This document shows positions 20,035 through 29,898 of a DNA stretch of 64,000 nucleotides, piece by piece. The stretch comes from Candidatus Zixiibacteriota bacterium (GTDB taxonomy: Bacteria; Zixibacteria; MSB-5A5; UBA10806; 4484-95), in assembly GCA_037441845.1 (NCBI GenBank), contig JBBIRK010000001.1:192001-256000 (forward strand), read 5' to 3'. The notes below the pieces were generated by a model, which had not been told where the DNA came from, did not search any database, and worked only from the letters and a program-made list of their open reading frames with translations. The translations under genes were made by a program, and so were the position numbers. The stretch's first letter is position 1, and each line of letters opens with the position of its first letter.

Positions 20035-22014
20035 CTATTTGCCCAACAGGTGATCCTGGAAAAACACGTAGGCCCTCGTGAATTCCTCGATTACCTGCTG
20101 TTTGCTCGTCCCCCAGTGGCCGCTGGTTAAAGATTCATAATAGATTACGTCTTTGCCCAGCTTAGATAACAGATAACCGAATCGTCGGGGGTCGCCTGCA
20201 AAAACGCGCGGATCGTTGTATCCGGCGGTGAGAAATATAGGACGCTTGATCGCCCCGGCTTTGAAAATCGGCGAAAGGTCGCGGGTCAATTTGCTTCCGA
20301 TCGGGCCGAATTCGAGCTCCCAGCCCTGTTGGAAAGTTACATCGCCATGGGTATTGCCGTAATCGACGTCGGCCACTCCTACTTCGCTTACGGCGCAGGC
20401 GAATTTTTCGGGCGCGGTAACCGCGATAAAATTCACCGTGTAACCGCCGTATGAACCACCCCAGATTCCGATTTTGCTCGGGTTGGAGTATTTCTCGTCA
20501 GTCAGAAAATCCAACGCGGCGACTGCATCCTCAAGCGCCTTGAAACGACCCTCGAGATTGTCGGCCCTTTCGTAGGCTGCTCCATAACCGGTGGAACCGC
20601 GCACGTTGGGAAACATTAGAATGAACCCTTTGGCCAAGGCGAAAGCCACGTTGCGCTGAAATCCAGGGCGGCTTTGATCCGGCGGCCCTCCATGATAGAT
20701 AACCAGCGCCGGATTATCGGCGTTTTTCCTGATATCCTTGGGCAGATAAAGCAATGCCGGAATAAGGGAACCGTCTTTGGAACGATATTTAACCACCTGA
20801 ACATCGACACCGGAAAAGTCAAAACCGAAATCGGTCACCTCGGCTACTTTTTCTTTGGATTTCAAATCAAGCCTTCCCAGGAAAATCGAGTTCGGCCTAT
20901 TGGGAGCATTATACGAATAGACGAATTCTCCGAAATCGTTGGCGGAAATTTCGCTTATCACTCCGGGTTCGTTCGATGGCGCGATCAGGGGTTTCCCCGC
21001 CAAATCGATTGCCGCGATTTCCGAATAACCGTCGCGGTTGAGCAAAGATATGCAGGCGCGCGCCCGGGGCACTGCTACGAAATTATCGATTTCGAGCCGG
21101 GGATCGTACAATAACGCCGGCTTGCTCTTTCCGGCGGGATCGATCAAGACGAGCTTGTTCATTTCATCGGATTTTGAAAGTGCATCCGATATGCAGATTA
21201 TTTTCCCGTCGCCGGCGAACGCCGCCGAGGCGAAATACCCCCTGCCAGTCAAGTTTTTGGTCTTGCCTGTCCGCTCATCGATCATGAAAAGTTGACTTTC
21301 GGAAAAGGAAAACCATCTGGTGCAAAGAAGACGGCCGGGTTCGTGGTCCGAAATATCGATCCATTCCCTTTCGCGGTGAACCAGCCGCAAAGTCCCTTTC
21401 GGAATCGAATAAATACAGAGTTGGCGGCTGGTATCGGTCGAAACCATCAAATAGAATTCGTCCCTGCTTTTGAAAACCACGTTGCTGTAACCAATATTGG
21501 GGTCTGTCAAGAGCGGCCGAAAACCGCCGTCGCGATTGAACAGCCAGATATTATGCTTTTCGGAACCGTGCTTCATCACTCCGACCAGGACGAAATCACC
21601 CGATGGATGCACTTCAAAATAGTAAATGTTAAGGCCTTCCTCGGCCCAGTTGTTCGGGGTAAGTTGCCGCGGCCAACCCAGCGGCTCGTCCACATAGAAA
21701 AGGTGTTCGATCTGACCGGTTATCCGCATCGTGAAATATATCCGGCCGGTGTTATCGATCTGGGGTTGGCCGAGATTGTCGATACCCATCAAAAACGAAA
21801 GATCCCGATATGTATCGTTCCAGAAACGGGAGCTTTTCAACCTCGAATCGGTGGCTTTATTGCAACTATCTATATATGCATGGATTCGGGCGGTATCGGA
21901 TATGATCCAGGTGTCGGCCTCTTTAAGGATTGCCTCAATCTGCTGCGAGTCCGCTCGAGATGCTAATGTCCACAGGCAGAGAATAGCCAAAAATAAACGA
22001 AAAAAAACCATCAT
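20035..22014 (-). CDS. Secreted S9 family (prolyl oligopeptidase-like) serine peptidase
   Basis: Signal peptide, beta-propeller region, HGGP, NVRGSTGYG, GGSYGG nucleophile, NDPRV, SGH. Confidence 0.92.
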   Translation of the reverse strand: MMVFFRLFLAILCLWTLASRADSQQIEAILKEADTWIISDTARIHAYIDSCNKATDSRLKSSRFWNDTYRDLSFLMGIDNLGQPQIDNTGRIYFTMRITGQIEHLFYVDEPLGWPRQLTPNNWAEEGLNIYYFEVHPSGDFVLVGVMKHGSEKHNIWLFNRDGGFRPLLTDPNIGYSNVVFKSRDEFYLMVSTDTSRQLCIYSIPKGTLRLVHREREWIDISDHEPGRLLCTRWFSFSESQLFMIDERTGKTKNLTGRGYFASAAFAGDGKIICISDALSKSDEMNKLVLIDPAGKSKPALLYDPRLEIDNFVAVPRARACISLLNRDGYSEIAAIDLAGKPLIAPSNEPGVISEISANDFGEFVYSYNAPNRPNSIFLGRLDLKSKEKVAEVTDFGFDFSGVDVQVVKYRSKDGSLIPALLYLPKDIRKNADNPALVIYHGGPPDQSRPGFQRNVAFALAKGFILMFPNVRGSTGYGAAYERADNLEGRFKALEDAVAALDFLTDEKYSNPSKIGIWGGSYGGYTVNFIAVTAPEKFACAVSEVGVADVDYGNTHGDVTFQQGWELEFGPIGSKLTRDLSPIFKAGAIKRPIFLTAGYNDPRVFAGDPRRFGYLLSKLGKDVIYYESLTSGHWGTSKQQVIEEFTRAYVFFQDHLLGK

Positions 22015-22122
22015 TCCTCCATACGAAAATACATTTCCGGAAATTTCGTTTTCTTTGGGATTGAAATCATCTGGTCAAGGCTAAGCGACCTTTATTTTAC
22101 GAAAATGCACAAGCCGACCTAT

Positions 22123-22902
22123 TCAATCGGGAGCCTCAAAATTATAAAATATCCGGCTGAGCAATTTATCTATTTGATTTATGCGGAAAGGCTTGGCGAT
22201 ATATCCGGCGGCCCCCTCAAGGGTGGCTCGTTCCTCGGGATAGGCCAGCGGATAAGCGGTGATAATAACCACCGGCAGATTCGGAAAATTCCGGCGGACC
22301 GCATTCAACAGCTCTATACCATTCAACTCGGGCATTCTGATATCCGATATCACCAGGTCATATGCATTGCTTTCTATTTCTTTCAAGGCTTGGTTTCCAT
22401 CGGCGACGCCCACCGCCTGATAACCCAATGCGGCGAGCGACTCGATCAACGTGCGTCTGATATTCTCCTCGTCATCGACAACCAAAATTGTCTTTTGCGC
22501 CGGACGGCTACGAGCTTTGGTTGAATCATATTTGGCCAGAGTCGTCTCGATTAAATCTTCTATTTTCCCGATTCGAAACGGCTTCGCCAGAAATCCATCG
22601 GCGCCGGCGTCGAGAATTTCGTCTTGCGAGATATTTTTCCCGGAAATCGCCAGGACCGGAATTTTAGGTTTCGATATTTTTACGTGTTTCAACAATTCTA
22701 TACCCGATCGGCCCGGCAACAAAATATCGGTTATCACGACGTCGATATTTTCACGATCGAGAATTTCGACGGCTTGCTGGAAATCCTCGGCGGTAAGACA
22801 GTGGTAACCGACCGCAGTGAGAGTATCGCTCAAAAGCTCGCGGATCGTCCGTTCGTCGTCGACCACCAGCACCTTTATGGAGCGAAAATCCGCCACATTC
22901 AA
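22123..22902 (-). CDS. Tandem receiver-domain response regulator without an output domain
   Basis: Two REC domains: VVDDE/TDILLP/ISG/AKPF and VVDDE/SDIRMP/ITA/AKPF. Confidence 0.9.
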   Translation of the reverse strand: MNVADFRSIKVLVVDDERTIRELLSDTLTAVGYHCLTAEDFQQAVEILDRENIDVVITDILLPGRSGIELLKHVKISKPKIPVLAISGKNISQDEILDAGADGFLAKPFRIGKIEDLIETTLAKYDSTKARSRPAQKTILVVDDEENIRRTLIESLAALGYQAVGVADGNQALKEIESNAYDLVISDIRMPELNGIELLNAVRRNFPNLPVVIITAYPLAYPEERATLEGAAGYIAKPFRINQIDKLLSRIFYNFEAPD

Positions 22903-24239
22903 CCCCTGATTACAGCTAAAACCTTATCGGTGGCATTCCGCAATATTTCAGCGGTCTTGGCCTCGAGATTAAGGCGCAACAAAGGTTCGGTATTGGACGG
23001 CCGAACGTTGAACCAGAAATCGCCCGTATCTATCGTCACCCCGTCGAGGTAATCGACATGCGCATCGGGAAAGGCGGCCACCAGCTGTTTAAGTTTGGCG
23101 GGAATGTCGTCAACTTTCGAGTTGATCTCCCCCGACCGATGATAAATATCGAATGTGGAGACCAGCTCCGACAGCTTTCGATTTGACTTGCTCAACAACT
23201 CGAGGCATACGACGAAAGCGATCAGCCCCGAATCGGCATACCAATTGTCGCGGAAATAAAAATGTCCGGAATGCTCGCCGCCGAAAATGGCATTATGTTC
23301 TTTCATTATAGGTTTTATGATTGCATGACCGACGCGGGTGCGAATCGCTTTCCCCCCGGCTTTTTCGATAACGGCCGGGACGGCTTTGGAGCAGATAAGA
23401 TTGTAGATAATAGTCGCATTCGGATGTTTCTCCAGCAGGGATCTGGCCACCATGGCCGTGACCATATCACCTCCCAGGGGACGGGCATTTTCATCGACAA
23501 GAAACATTCTATCGGCATCCCCGTCGAATGCGGCCCCGAAATCGGCTTTTTCGGCGAGCACCCTATTGCGGAGATCGACTATGTTTTCGGGCTCGATAGG
23601 GCTGGCGGGATGATTGGGAAAGGTGCCGTCCAGCTCGAAATACATAGGGATAAGTCGGCAGGGCAGATGTTCGAAAAGCCGCCTTATCAGCAGTCCGGCC
23701 ATGCCGTTTCCGGCATCGACGACAATGGCAAACGGTTTGATCACGGACACGTCCACGAAAGATAGCACGTGATTTATGAAGTCGTCGGCGATATCACGAG
23801 TGCAATAACTTCCCCTCCTGGCTGCGATACGCAGATTTCCCGTTTTCAGAATCTCCTTGATCTTCGCCATCTCATTTTCGGCCGAAAGCGGAACCGCCTC
23901 GGACCTGCACATTTTCAGCCCGTTGTATTGGGGAGGATTATGCGATGCGGTGACCATGCCGCCGAAATCGAATCCATATTTTCCGACGGCATAATACAGC
24001 GCGTCCGTCGAAACCAGTCCCACATCCGTCACATCGGCCCCGCCGCGGCGGATCCCCTCGATAAATGCGGACGCCAGTTTTTCCGAGGATACCCTCATGT
24101 CCCTGCCGACGACGGCTCGTTTTACCCCCAGAAGTTGTATCGCCGCTTGCCCGAGGGCCATAAAAATCGGTTCGTTGACTTGTTCCGGGTAAATTCCTCG
24201 TATATCGTAGGCCTTGAAAATTCCCTCATCGATAATCAT
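22899..24239 (-). CDS. Phosphomannomutase/phosphoglucomutase
   Basis: FKAYDIRG, TASHNP, FDGDADR, GEHSGH, RPSNTEP. Confidence 0.95.
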   Translation of the reverse strand: MIIDEGIFKAYDIRGIYPEQVNEPIFMALGQAAIQLLGVKRAVVGRDMRVSSEKLASAFIEGIRRGGADVTDVGLVSTDALYYAVGKYGFDFGGMVTASHNPPQYNGLKMCRSEAVPLSAENEMAKIKEILKTGNLRIAARRGSYCTRDIADDFINHVLSFVDVSVIKPFAIVVDAGNGMAGLLIRRLFEHLPCRLIPMYFELDGTFPNHPASPIEPENIVDLRNRVLAEKADFGAAFDGDADRMFLVDENARPLGGDMVTAMVARSLLEKHPNATIIYNLICSKAVPAVIEKAGGKAIRTRVGHAIIKPIMKEHNAIFGGEHSGHFYFRDNWYADSGLIAFVVCLELLSKSNRKLSELVSTFDIYHRSGEINSKVDDIPAKLKQLVAAFPDAHVDYLDGVTIDTGDFWFNVRPSNTEPLLRLNLEAKTAEILRNATDKVLAVIRG

Positions 24240-24269
24240 TTCGGACAGTCTCCAGTATGGATTTTCGAT

Positions 24270-24297
24270 ATTTTACTTTATATCGGTAAAATGTCAA
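24270..24297 (-). promoter_or_regulatory. Putative promoter TTGACA-N16-TAAAAT for the phosphomutase
   Basis: Minus-strand match; part of a divergent promoter pair. Confidence 0.6.
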
Positions 24298-24393
24298 GCC
24301 ATATGCTTTATCGGAGATTATTCCACAAGGAAAAGTTGCCGAAGGAAATTATCTGTGCGCCCCCACAGGAGATTAGAGATCGGCTTAATTAGC

Positions 24394-24422
24394 TTGACAA
24401 GATTACGGAATGGAGCGATATT
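24394..24422 (+). promoter_or_regulatory. Putative promoter TTGACA-N17-GATATT for the spt-like operon
   Basis: Match upstream of ATG 24484. Confidence 0.55.
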
Positions 24423-24483
24423 GGCATGTTTTAATTATACTATCAGGGACGTAACAAGAGCCGGGGTAATTCTGGAGTTGGCG

Positions 24484-25665
24484 ATGGATCTATTTGACAA
24501 ATGCCGTAATTTTACCGCGGCGCGCGAGGCTATCAAGGCCGGCTATTATCCATATTTCCGCGAAATCTCTTCGGGTTCGGATTGCGAGGTGACGATCCAC
24601 GGCCGGAAAGTTATAATGATCGGATCCAACAATTATCTCGGTCTGACGAATCACCCGAAAGTGATCGAAAAAATCCACTGGGCGGTCGATAAGTACGGGT
24701 CGGGATGCACCGGATCACGGTTTTTGAACGGAACCCTTGATATTCACGTCGAGCTGGAGGAAAAACTTGCTCGTTTCATGAATACCGAAGCGGCGCTCGT
24801 GTTTTCCACCGGGTTCCAGACCAATCTCGGCACCATAGCCACTATCGCCGGCAAGGACGACTATATTTTCACCGACCGCAGTGATCACGCTTCCATAGTC
24901 GATGGTTGCCGGCTTTCGTTCGCCGAGACCATCAAATATCGCCATAACGATATGGAGGATCTGAAACGAGTTCTGAGTCGGGTGTCTCCGGATTCGGGAA
25001 AACTGATCGTCACCGACGGCGTTTTTTCAATGGAGGGGGACATAGTGAATTTGCCGCGGTTGGTCGAGCTGGCTTCCGAATACAAGGCCAATATACTCGT
25101 GGATGACGCCCATGCCATAGGGGTGCTCGGTCGCAACGGGCGAGGCACCGCGGAACATTTCGGGCTTGAGGACAAAGTCGACCTGGTGATGGGGACCTTT
25201 TCCAAATCGTTCGCCTCGATCGGGGGATTCATTGCCGGTAAAGAGGAAGTCATTCATTATATAAAACATTTTTCGAGAGCGTTGATCTTTTCCGCCTCTC
25301 CTCCGCCGGCGGCGGTCGCGGCGGTCTTGGCCTCTCTCGAAATTATGGAGAGCGAGCCGGAAAGACGCACCCGGTTATGGGAAATCACTCATAGAATGCA
25401 TAGAGAATACAAGGCGATGGGATTCAATCTGGGTACCTCCGAAACCCCCATAATTCCCATCTATATAGGCGAAGACTTAAAGACTTTTTTATTCTGGAAA
25501 GAGCTGACGGAAGCGGGGATTTTCACCAACCCGATCGTTTCCCCGGCGGTTCCACCCGGTTCGTCGCTGATAAGAACCAGCTACACCGCCAACCACACCG
25601 ACGAGCAGATGGATCGGGTGCTGGAGGCATTTTACAAGGTCGGCAAAAAAGTCGGCATCATTTAA
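24484..25665 (+). CDS. spt: Serine palmitoyltransferase-like alpha-oxoamine synthase (PLP-dependent)
   Basis: GSNNYLGL, GSGCTGSRFLNGT, DHASIVDG, DDAHAIG, PLP-lysine GTFSKS. Start set at ATG 24484 (GGAG RBS). Confidence 0.78.
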   Translation: MDLFDKCRNFTAAREAIKAGYYPYFREISSGSDCEVTIHGRKVIMIGSNNYLGLTNHPKVIEKIHWAVDKYGSGCTGSRFLNGTLDIHVELEEKLARFMNTEAALVFSTGFQTNLGTIATIAGKDDYIFTDRSDHASIVDGCRLSFAETIKYRHNDMEDLKRVLSRVSPDSGKLIVTDGVFSMEGDIVNLPRLVELASEYKANILVDDAHAIGVLGRNGRGTAEHFGLEDKVDLVMGTFSKSFASIGGFIAGKEEVIHYIKHFSRALIFSASPPPAAVAAVLASLEIMESEPERRTRLWEITHRMHREYKAMGFNLGTSETPIIPIYIGEDLKTFLFWKELTEAGIFTNPIVSPAVPPGSSLIRTSYTANHTDEQMDRVLEAFYKVGKKVGII

Positions 25666-25676
25666 TCGAATAAGTC

Positions 25677-26804
25677 GTGACATCTTACCGCATAATAGAA
25701 GCATCCGATCGGAAATCGATGGATGATTTCATAGCAGTTCCTTTTTCCCTCTATCGCGGCGATCCATATTGGGTGCCCCTGCTGATCGCGGATTTACGGA
25801 AATTTTTCGATCGTCGAATCAATCCGTTTTTCCGTCATTCGTCGGCTAGATTTTTCGTGGCATATAAGGACAAGCGACCGATCGGCAGAATAGCCGGAAT
25901 CATAAACAACCGACATAACGAATTTCATAACGAAAAGACCGGATTTTTCGGTTTTTTCGAATGCCCCGATGATCAAGGATTGGCCGCTGAGCTTTTTGCG
26001 GCGGCGACCTCGGTGGCAAAAGAGGCCGGCATGGATCGTCTTCGCGGCCCCGCCAACTATTCCTCCAATGACGACTGGGGATTTCTCTGTGAGGGGTTCG
26101 ACCTGCCGCCGGCGTTCCAGATGCCATACAATCCGCCCTATTATTTAAGTCTGGCCGAAAAATGCGGATTCGCGCGATGCAAGGATCTGCTGGCGTATTA
26201 TCTCGATCATGGCACTCCGCTGCCGGAAAATTCGTTGCGCCTTGAAAAAATAATCCGAAAACGGGAAAGAATAAAGGTTAGACCGATCAACCTCGCCGAT
26301 TTCGATCGGGAACTGGAAAATATCCGATTGATATACAACGCCGCCTGGAGCAAAAACTGGGGATTCGTGCCGATGACCCAAGAAGAAATCGAGCATGTGG
26401 CTGCGGATTTCATAAAGATCGTCGATCCCCACATCGTATTCCTCGCTTTCGTCAACGATGAGCCTGCCGGCTTCTCGCTGACCATGCCGAATCTGAATCC
26501 GGTTTTGAAAAAGATGAACGGAAGGCTTTTCCCGACGGGGTTTCTGAAATTCCTCTGGCATACCAAAATCAAACGTTCGATAGATGGAGTACGGATAATG
26601 GCCACCGGGGTAGTGCACAAATATCAGAAGCTGGGGATTGACAACATCTTCTACATCGATACTTACCGAGTGGCTCAAGATCGGGGATACAAATGGGGCG
26701 AGCTTTCCTGGATACTCGAAGACAATGCGCTGATGAATCGTGCACTGCAAAATATCGGCGGGCGGCCCTACAAACGCTATCGATTATTCGAAAAAAAGAT
26801 TTGA
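25677..26804 (+). CDS. YghO-like double-GNAT protein, putative bacterial ceramide synthase (bCerS-like)
   Basis: NPFF, GRIAGI, GFFGFFEC, PYNPPYY, YNAAWSKNWGFVP, ELSWILEDN. Starts 11 nt after spt. Confidence 0.72.
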   Translation: MTSYRIIEASDRKSMDDFIAVPFSLYRGDPYWVPLLIADLRKFFDRRINPFFRHSSARFFVAYKDKRPIGRIAGIINNRHNEFHNEKTGFFGFFECPDDQGLAAELFAAATSVAKEAGMDRLRGPANYSSNDDWGFLCEGFDLPPAFQMPYNPPYYLSLAEKCGFARCKDLLAYYLDHGTPLPENSLRLEKIIRKRERIKVRPINLADFDRELENIRLIYNAAWSKNWGFVPMTQEEIEHVAADFIKIVDPHIVFLAFVNDEPAGFSLTMPNLNPVLKKMNGRLFPTGFLKFLWHTKIKRSIDGVRIMATGVVHKYQKLGIDNIFYIDTYRVAQDRGYKWGELSWILEDNALMNRALQNIGGRPYKRYRLFEKKI

Positions 26805-27068
26805 CGACTCACAGCTGTCCATAAGAAACGCCAAATCCGCCATCATTATGCTTTATTTATAATCGTCAAGTTTAATCGAACAGTCTCAATTTTGGTCATG
26901 ACCGATACCCAAAAGAAATCTTTTCCGGCGCAAGCCTATCGCCGTTCGGTGGATAATTTTCATAATGCACATGCAAAGCTATCGGCCTTAATCCGTAAAG
27001 CGGAGGCTCAGTGATAATAGCAACCGAATTTGAATCGATCGAATCTATTGTGATAGGTCGCCGGCACT

Positions 27069-27881
27069 TCAATGCTGGCATCGAGGGCAGTAGTGGGTGG
27101 ATCGCCCTCCGAGAATGATCCGCTTTATGGCGGTTCCGCAACGCCGGCAAGGTTCGCCGGTTCGCCCGTAAACCTTGATCAGTTTTTGAAAATTGCCCTT
27201 GCGGCCGTTGCCGTCAAGATAATCATCGACGGAGCTCCCTCGGTTGTCGATCGCCTTTTGCAAAGTCCGCCTTACACATTCGTGCAGGCGCAAAAGTTCG
27301 CGCCGAGTAACCGTTGAGGCTTTTCGTGTCGGCCTTATGCCTGCCGCATGCAGCGACTCATCGGCATAGATATTGCCTATTCCGGCGACGATTCCCTGAT
27401 CCATGAGCGTAGATTTAATCGCCTTCTGCCTGGCTTTCAGGGTTTGGATAAATCGGGTGCTGCTGATTTCGAAAGGCTCGGGACCGAGACCAGCGAGACG
27501 GGCATGTTGATCGATTTTCATTTCCGAGATGAAACAGATTCGGCCGAACTTTCTTACATCGTAAAACGACAGCCTATTCTTTTCGAATTGAATCCAAAAA
27601 TGGAGATGTTTGCTTTGGCTCGTTTCGGGATGATCGATTATCAGCCGTCCGGTCATCCCCAGATGACATACGATCGCCAGGTGAGATTCGAAAAAAAGCA
27701 TGAGGTTTTTTCCCCGACGATCGATCCGCTTGATCATTTTGCCAGAGAGCGCCGATATGTCATAGCCGCGTTCCGGCTCGACGACCGCATGATTCAAAAG
27801 GCGGACCTCCAAGACCCGCTGGCCGATCAGGACGGCACGCAAATCGCGCGCGATAGTTTCGACTTCGGGTAATTCCGGCAT
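27069..27881 (-). CDS. mutM: Formamidopyrimidine-DNA glycosylase
   Basis: MPELPEVE, RRGK, HLGMTG, DVRKFG, GIGNIYADE, C-terminal C4 zinc finger. Confidence 0.98.
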   Translation of the reverse strand: MPELPEVETIARDLRAVLIGQRVLEVRLLNHAVVEPERGYDISALSGKMIKRIDRRGKNLMLFFESHLAIVCHLGMTGRLIIDHPETSQSKHLHFWIQFEKNRLSFYDVRKFGRICFISEMKIDQHARLAGLGPEPFEISSTRFIQTLKARQKAIKSTLMDQGIVAGIGNIYADESLHAAGIRPTRKASTVTRRELLRLHECVRRTLQKAIDNRGSSVDDYLDGNGRKGNFQKLIKVYGRTGEPCRRCGTAIKRIILGGRSTHYCPRCQH

Positions 27882-27882
27882 T

Positions 27883-29757
27883 CTACCGCCTTAGAACCAA
27901 GTATTTATCCGCCTGGTTCTTGGCGGAGGCATAGAAGCCGTTAAGACTGGCGCAAGCTTCGGGCTTCAGGCGATATGGTTTCAGGCTGAATCCGCGGGTA
28001 ATGGTTATCGTATTGGCGGAAACGACCACAACCGAAAATATCTCGCCCAGAAAACTGGTCAAACTGAAATTTTCAGGAATATGTTCGACCCGCCAGCCGG
28101 CAGGAATCTCCACCGTGATTCTTTCTTGTTGCGAATGGGGCCGCCCCAATTCGATAGGCAGCCTGCGTGTTTCATCATAATACTCGAATCGGCTCCAGCG
28201 TCCGAGAATATCGAGGGGCAGAAATATGCGCCGATCGCCTTCGGCTGTATAGCGCTGTGCGGCGATTCGATAACTGACGCGCAAGGGATTGACCGGCGAA
28301 TAAATATCCTCGAATTCGAGTTCGGTCAAGGTCGATCCGGGGATGCCGCTCAACACCATCTTCGACCATCTTTCCCGGCGTATTTCCGGTGATTCATCCT
28401 GCAGCATTTTTTTCTCTTCTATATTCAGCGATCCGGAAAAAAGCTCAATCCCCTCGGCCAGAAGCTCGCCGGTTTCCGTGAAAGATATTTTCAGATGAAC
28501 CGCCCGACCGTTTTCGCGATAATCGGATACGGGCGTGCCGATAAATTGCCCCGCCTGGCCGACAACGAGACCGTCGACCGCCTGATCCTCGAACGGCAAA
28601 ACCCCGATCGGCGCGCCGCGGTAAAGCGGATCGATCCAGATCGTATCGCGGGAATCGCACACGGCCAGCAGAAGACGATTGAAAAAAAGGAAGGCGGGAA
28701 AATCACGAATTATCGTTTCGTTGTTTCTGGTCGAAATCAACACGAAATCGTAATCGATACCAGCCCTGTCGAGAAACCATCCTGTTATGAAGGCAGCTTC
28801 CGCTTGCGAACCCCAGCCTCGCGCCATTAGACGTTCCGGCGTGTCGGTTACGTCTATAGTCGAATAAAGAGACCGAAAGTTCTCGGATACATAGGTAACA
28901 ATCTTCTGCAGGCACTGCCTTTTTTCCTGCGTGTCTTTCAGCAGCTCGACTGCTTTCGCCCTTAGAATTTCGGAGTCTCTATCGAGCTCTTTTAACCTGC
29001 TGTCATAGGCTCTTGACAAAGTTTTCCAGCTCACCTTATTTCGTTCGGGGTCGGGCCAGCGGTTGTCATGGGAAAAACCATAGAGCAAGCAGGGTATGAA
29101 TTCGTCGGCCGGCGGGCTGTCGGGTTCGAAAATCACCCCGGGCAACGGACCTGCATCCCATGCGTAATTCACCCATAATTCACCCGATTTGATGTATTCG
29201 TTCGATCTCGAATGACGATATAAACAGGAGGGATTGACTATAAAATTAAATACCCAATCCACCGGCGCAGAAAGCGCCACTCGACTATGCCGCACCGGAT
29301 AACTCCGCCCGAAATATCTTCGCCCGGAAAACGCCGGTTCACTCGATTCAAGCACCCACTCGAAAACGAAAACCGCGCCGGCCCGTGAATCCGGAAAAGT
29401 CACGGCTATCCTTCGCCTATTGCCCTGGATATCGATCATCGCCATTTCCGAATCGGGCACCGCCGAAGTGTCGCCCTCGGGGGTAATCGTGAAAGCTGTC
29501 GCGCTGATCGGATCGCTATAGGGAATCACCGGCGTGGTTGCGTTCGCCGCCACGCCACCTCCTCGTCTCAGGGCCATGGCCAGCGAACGGAAATGTCTCG
29601 AATATTTGAATCCGCCGCCGTCAAAACTGACCGCCGTGCTGTCATACAAGTCAAGATATACCGCTTCCTGGTCGGGGTAGATCGCCAGCATTTCGACCAA
29701 ACCCTGTATTTGCTGAGCGTTAAGGCCGGCGGCCGCAAGACACAACAGCAGTCCCAC
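27883..29757 (-). CDS. DUF3857-like / transglutaminase-like protein, probably catalytically inactive; start uncertain
   Basis: Paralogous layout to the upstream gene, with GWGSQAEA, FNRLL and WIDP at the triad positions. Frame stays open upstream to the previous stop. Confidence 0.8.
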   Translation of the reverse strand: MGLLLCLAAAGLNAQQIQGLVEMLAIYPDQEAVYLDLYDSTAVSFDGGGFKYSRHFRSLAMALRRGGGVAANATTPVIPYSDPISATAFTITPEGDTSAVPDSEMAMIDIQGNRRRIAVTFPDSRAGAVFVFEWVLESSEPAFSGRRYFGRSYPVRHSRVALSAPVDWVFNFIVNPSCLYRHSRSNEYIKSGELWVNYAWDAGPLPGVIFEPDSPPADEFIPCLLYGFSHDNRWPDPERNKVSWKTLSRAYDSRLKELDRDSEILRAKAVELLKDTQEKRQCLQKIVTYVSENFRSLYSTIDVTDTPERLMARGWGSQAEAAFITGWFLDRAGIDYDFVLISTRNNETIIRDFPAFLFFNRLLLAVCDSRDTIWIDPLYRGAPIGVLPFEDQAVDGLVVGQAGQFIGTPVSDYRENGRAVHLKISFTETGELLAEGIELFSGSLNIEEKKMLQDESPEIRRERWSKMVLSGIPGSTLTELEFEDIYSPVNPLRVSYRIAAQRYTAEGDRRIFLPLDILGRWSRFEYYDETRRLPIELGRPHSQQERITVEIPAGWRVEHIPENFSLTSFLGEIFSVVVVSANTITITRGFSLKPYRLKPEACASLNGFYASAKNQADKYLVLRR

Positions 29758-29898
29758 CGAAAAACAGCGGCGAGTAATCGGATAATCGAAAAAAGCGATG
29801 GCAAAAAAGTGAGTAAAAACGATCGCTGCCGTCCGTTTCGTGTCGGCGATTATCGCTTTAGTCGTAAAGATCAGCTTACCTCGTAAAATAGAGTTGCA

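Noticed and set aside
24214..24483. 90-aa N-terminal extension of the spt ORF in the track
   Set aside because: It overlaps the divergent gene start and promoters; ATG 24484 has an RBS and gives a family-typical length.
26896..27150. 84-aa ORF overlapping the mutM end
   Set aside because: No RBS or recognisable domain; cannot be supported.
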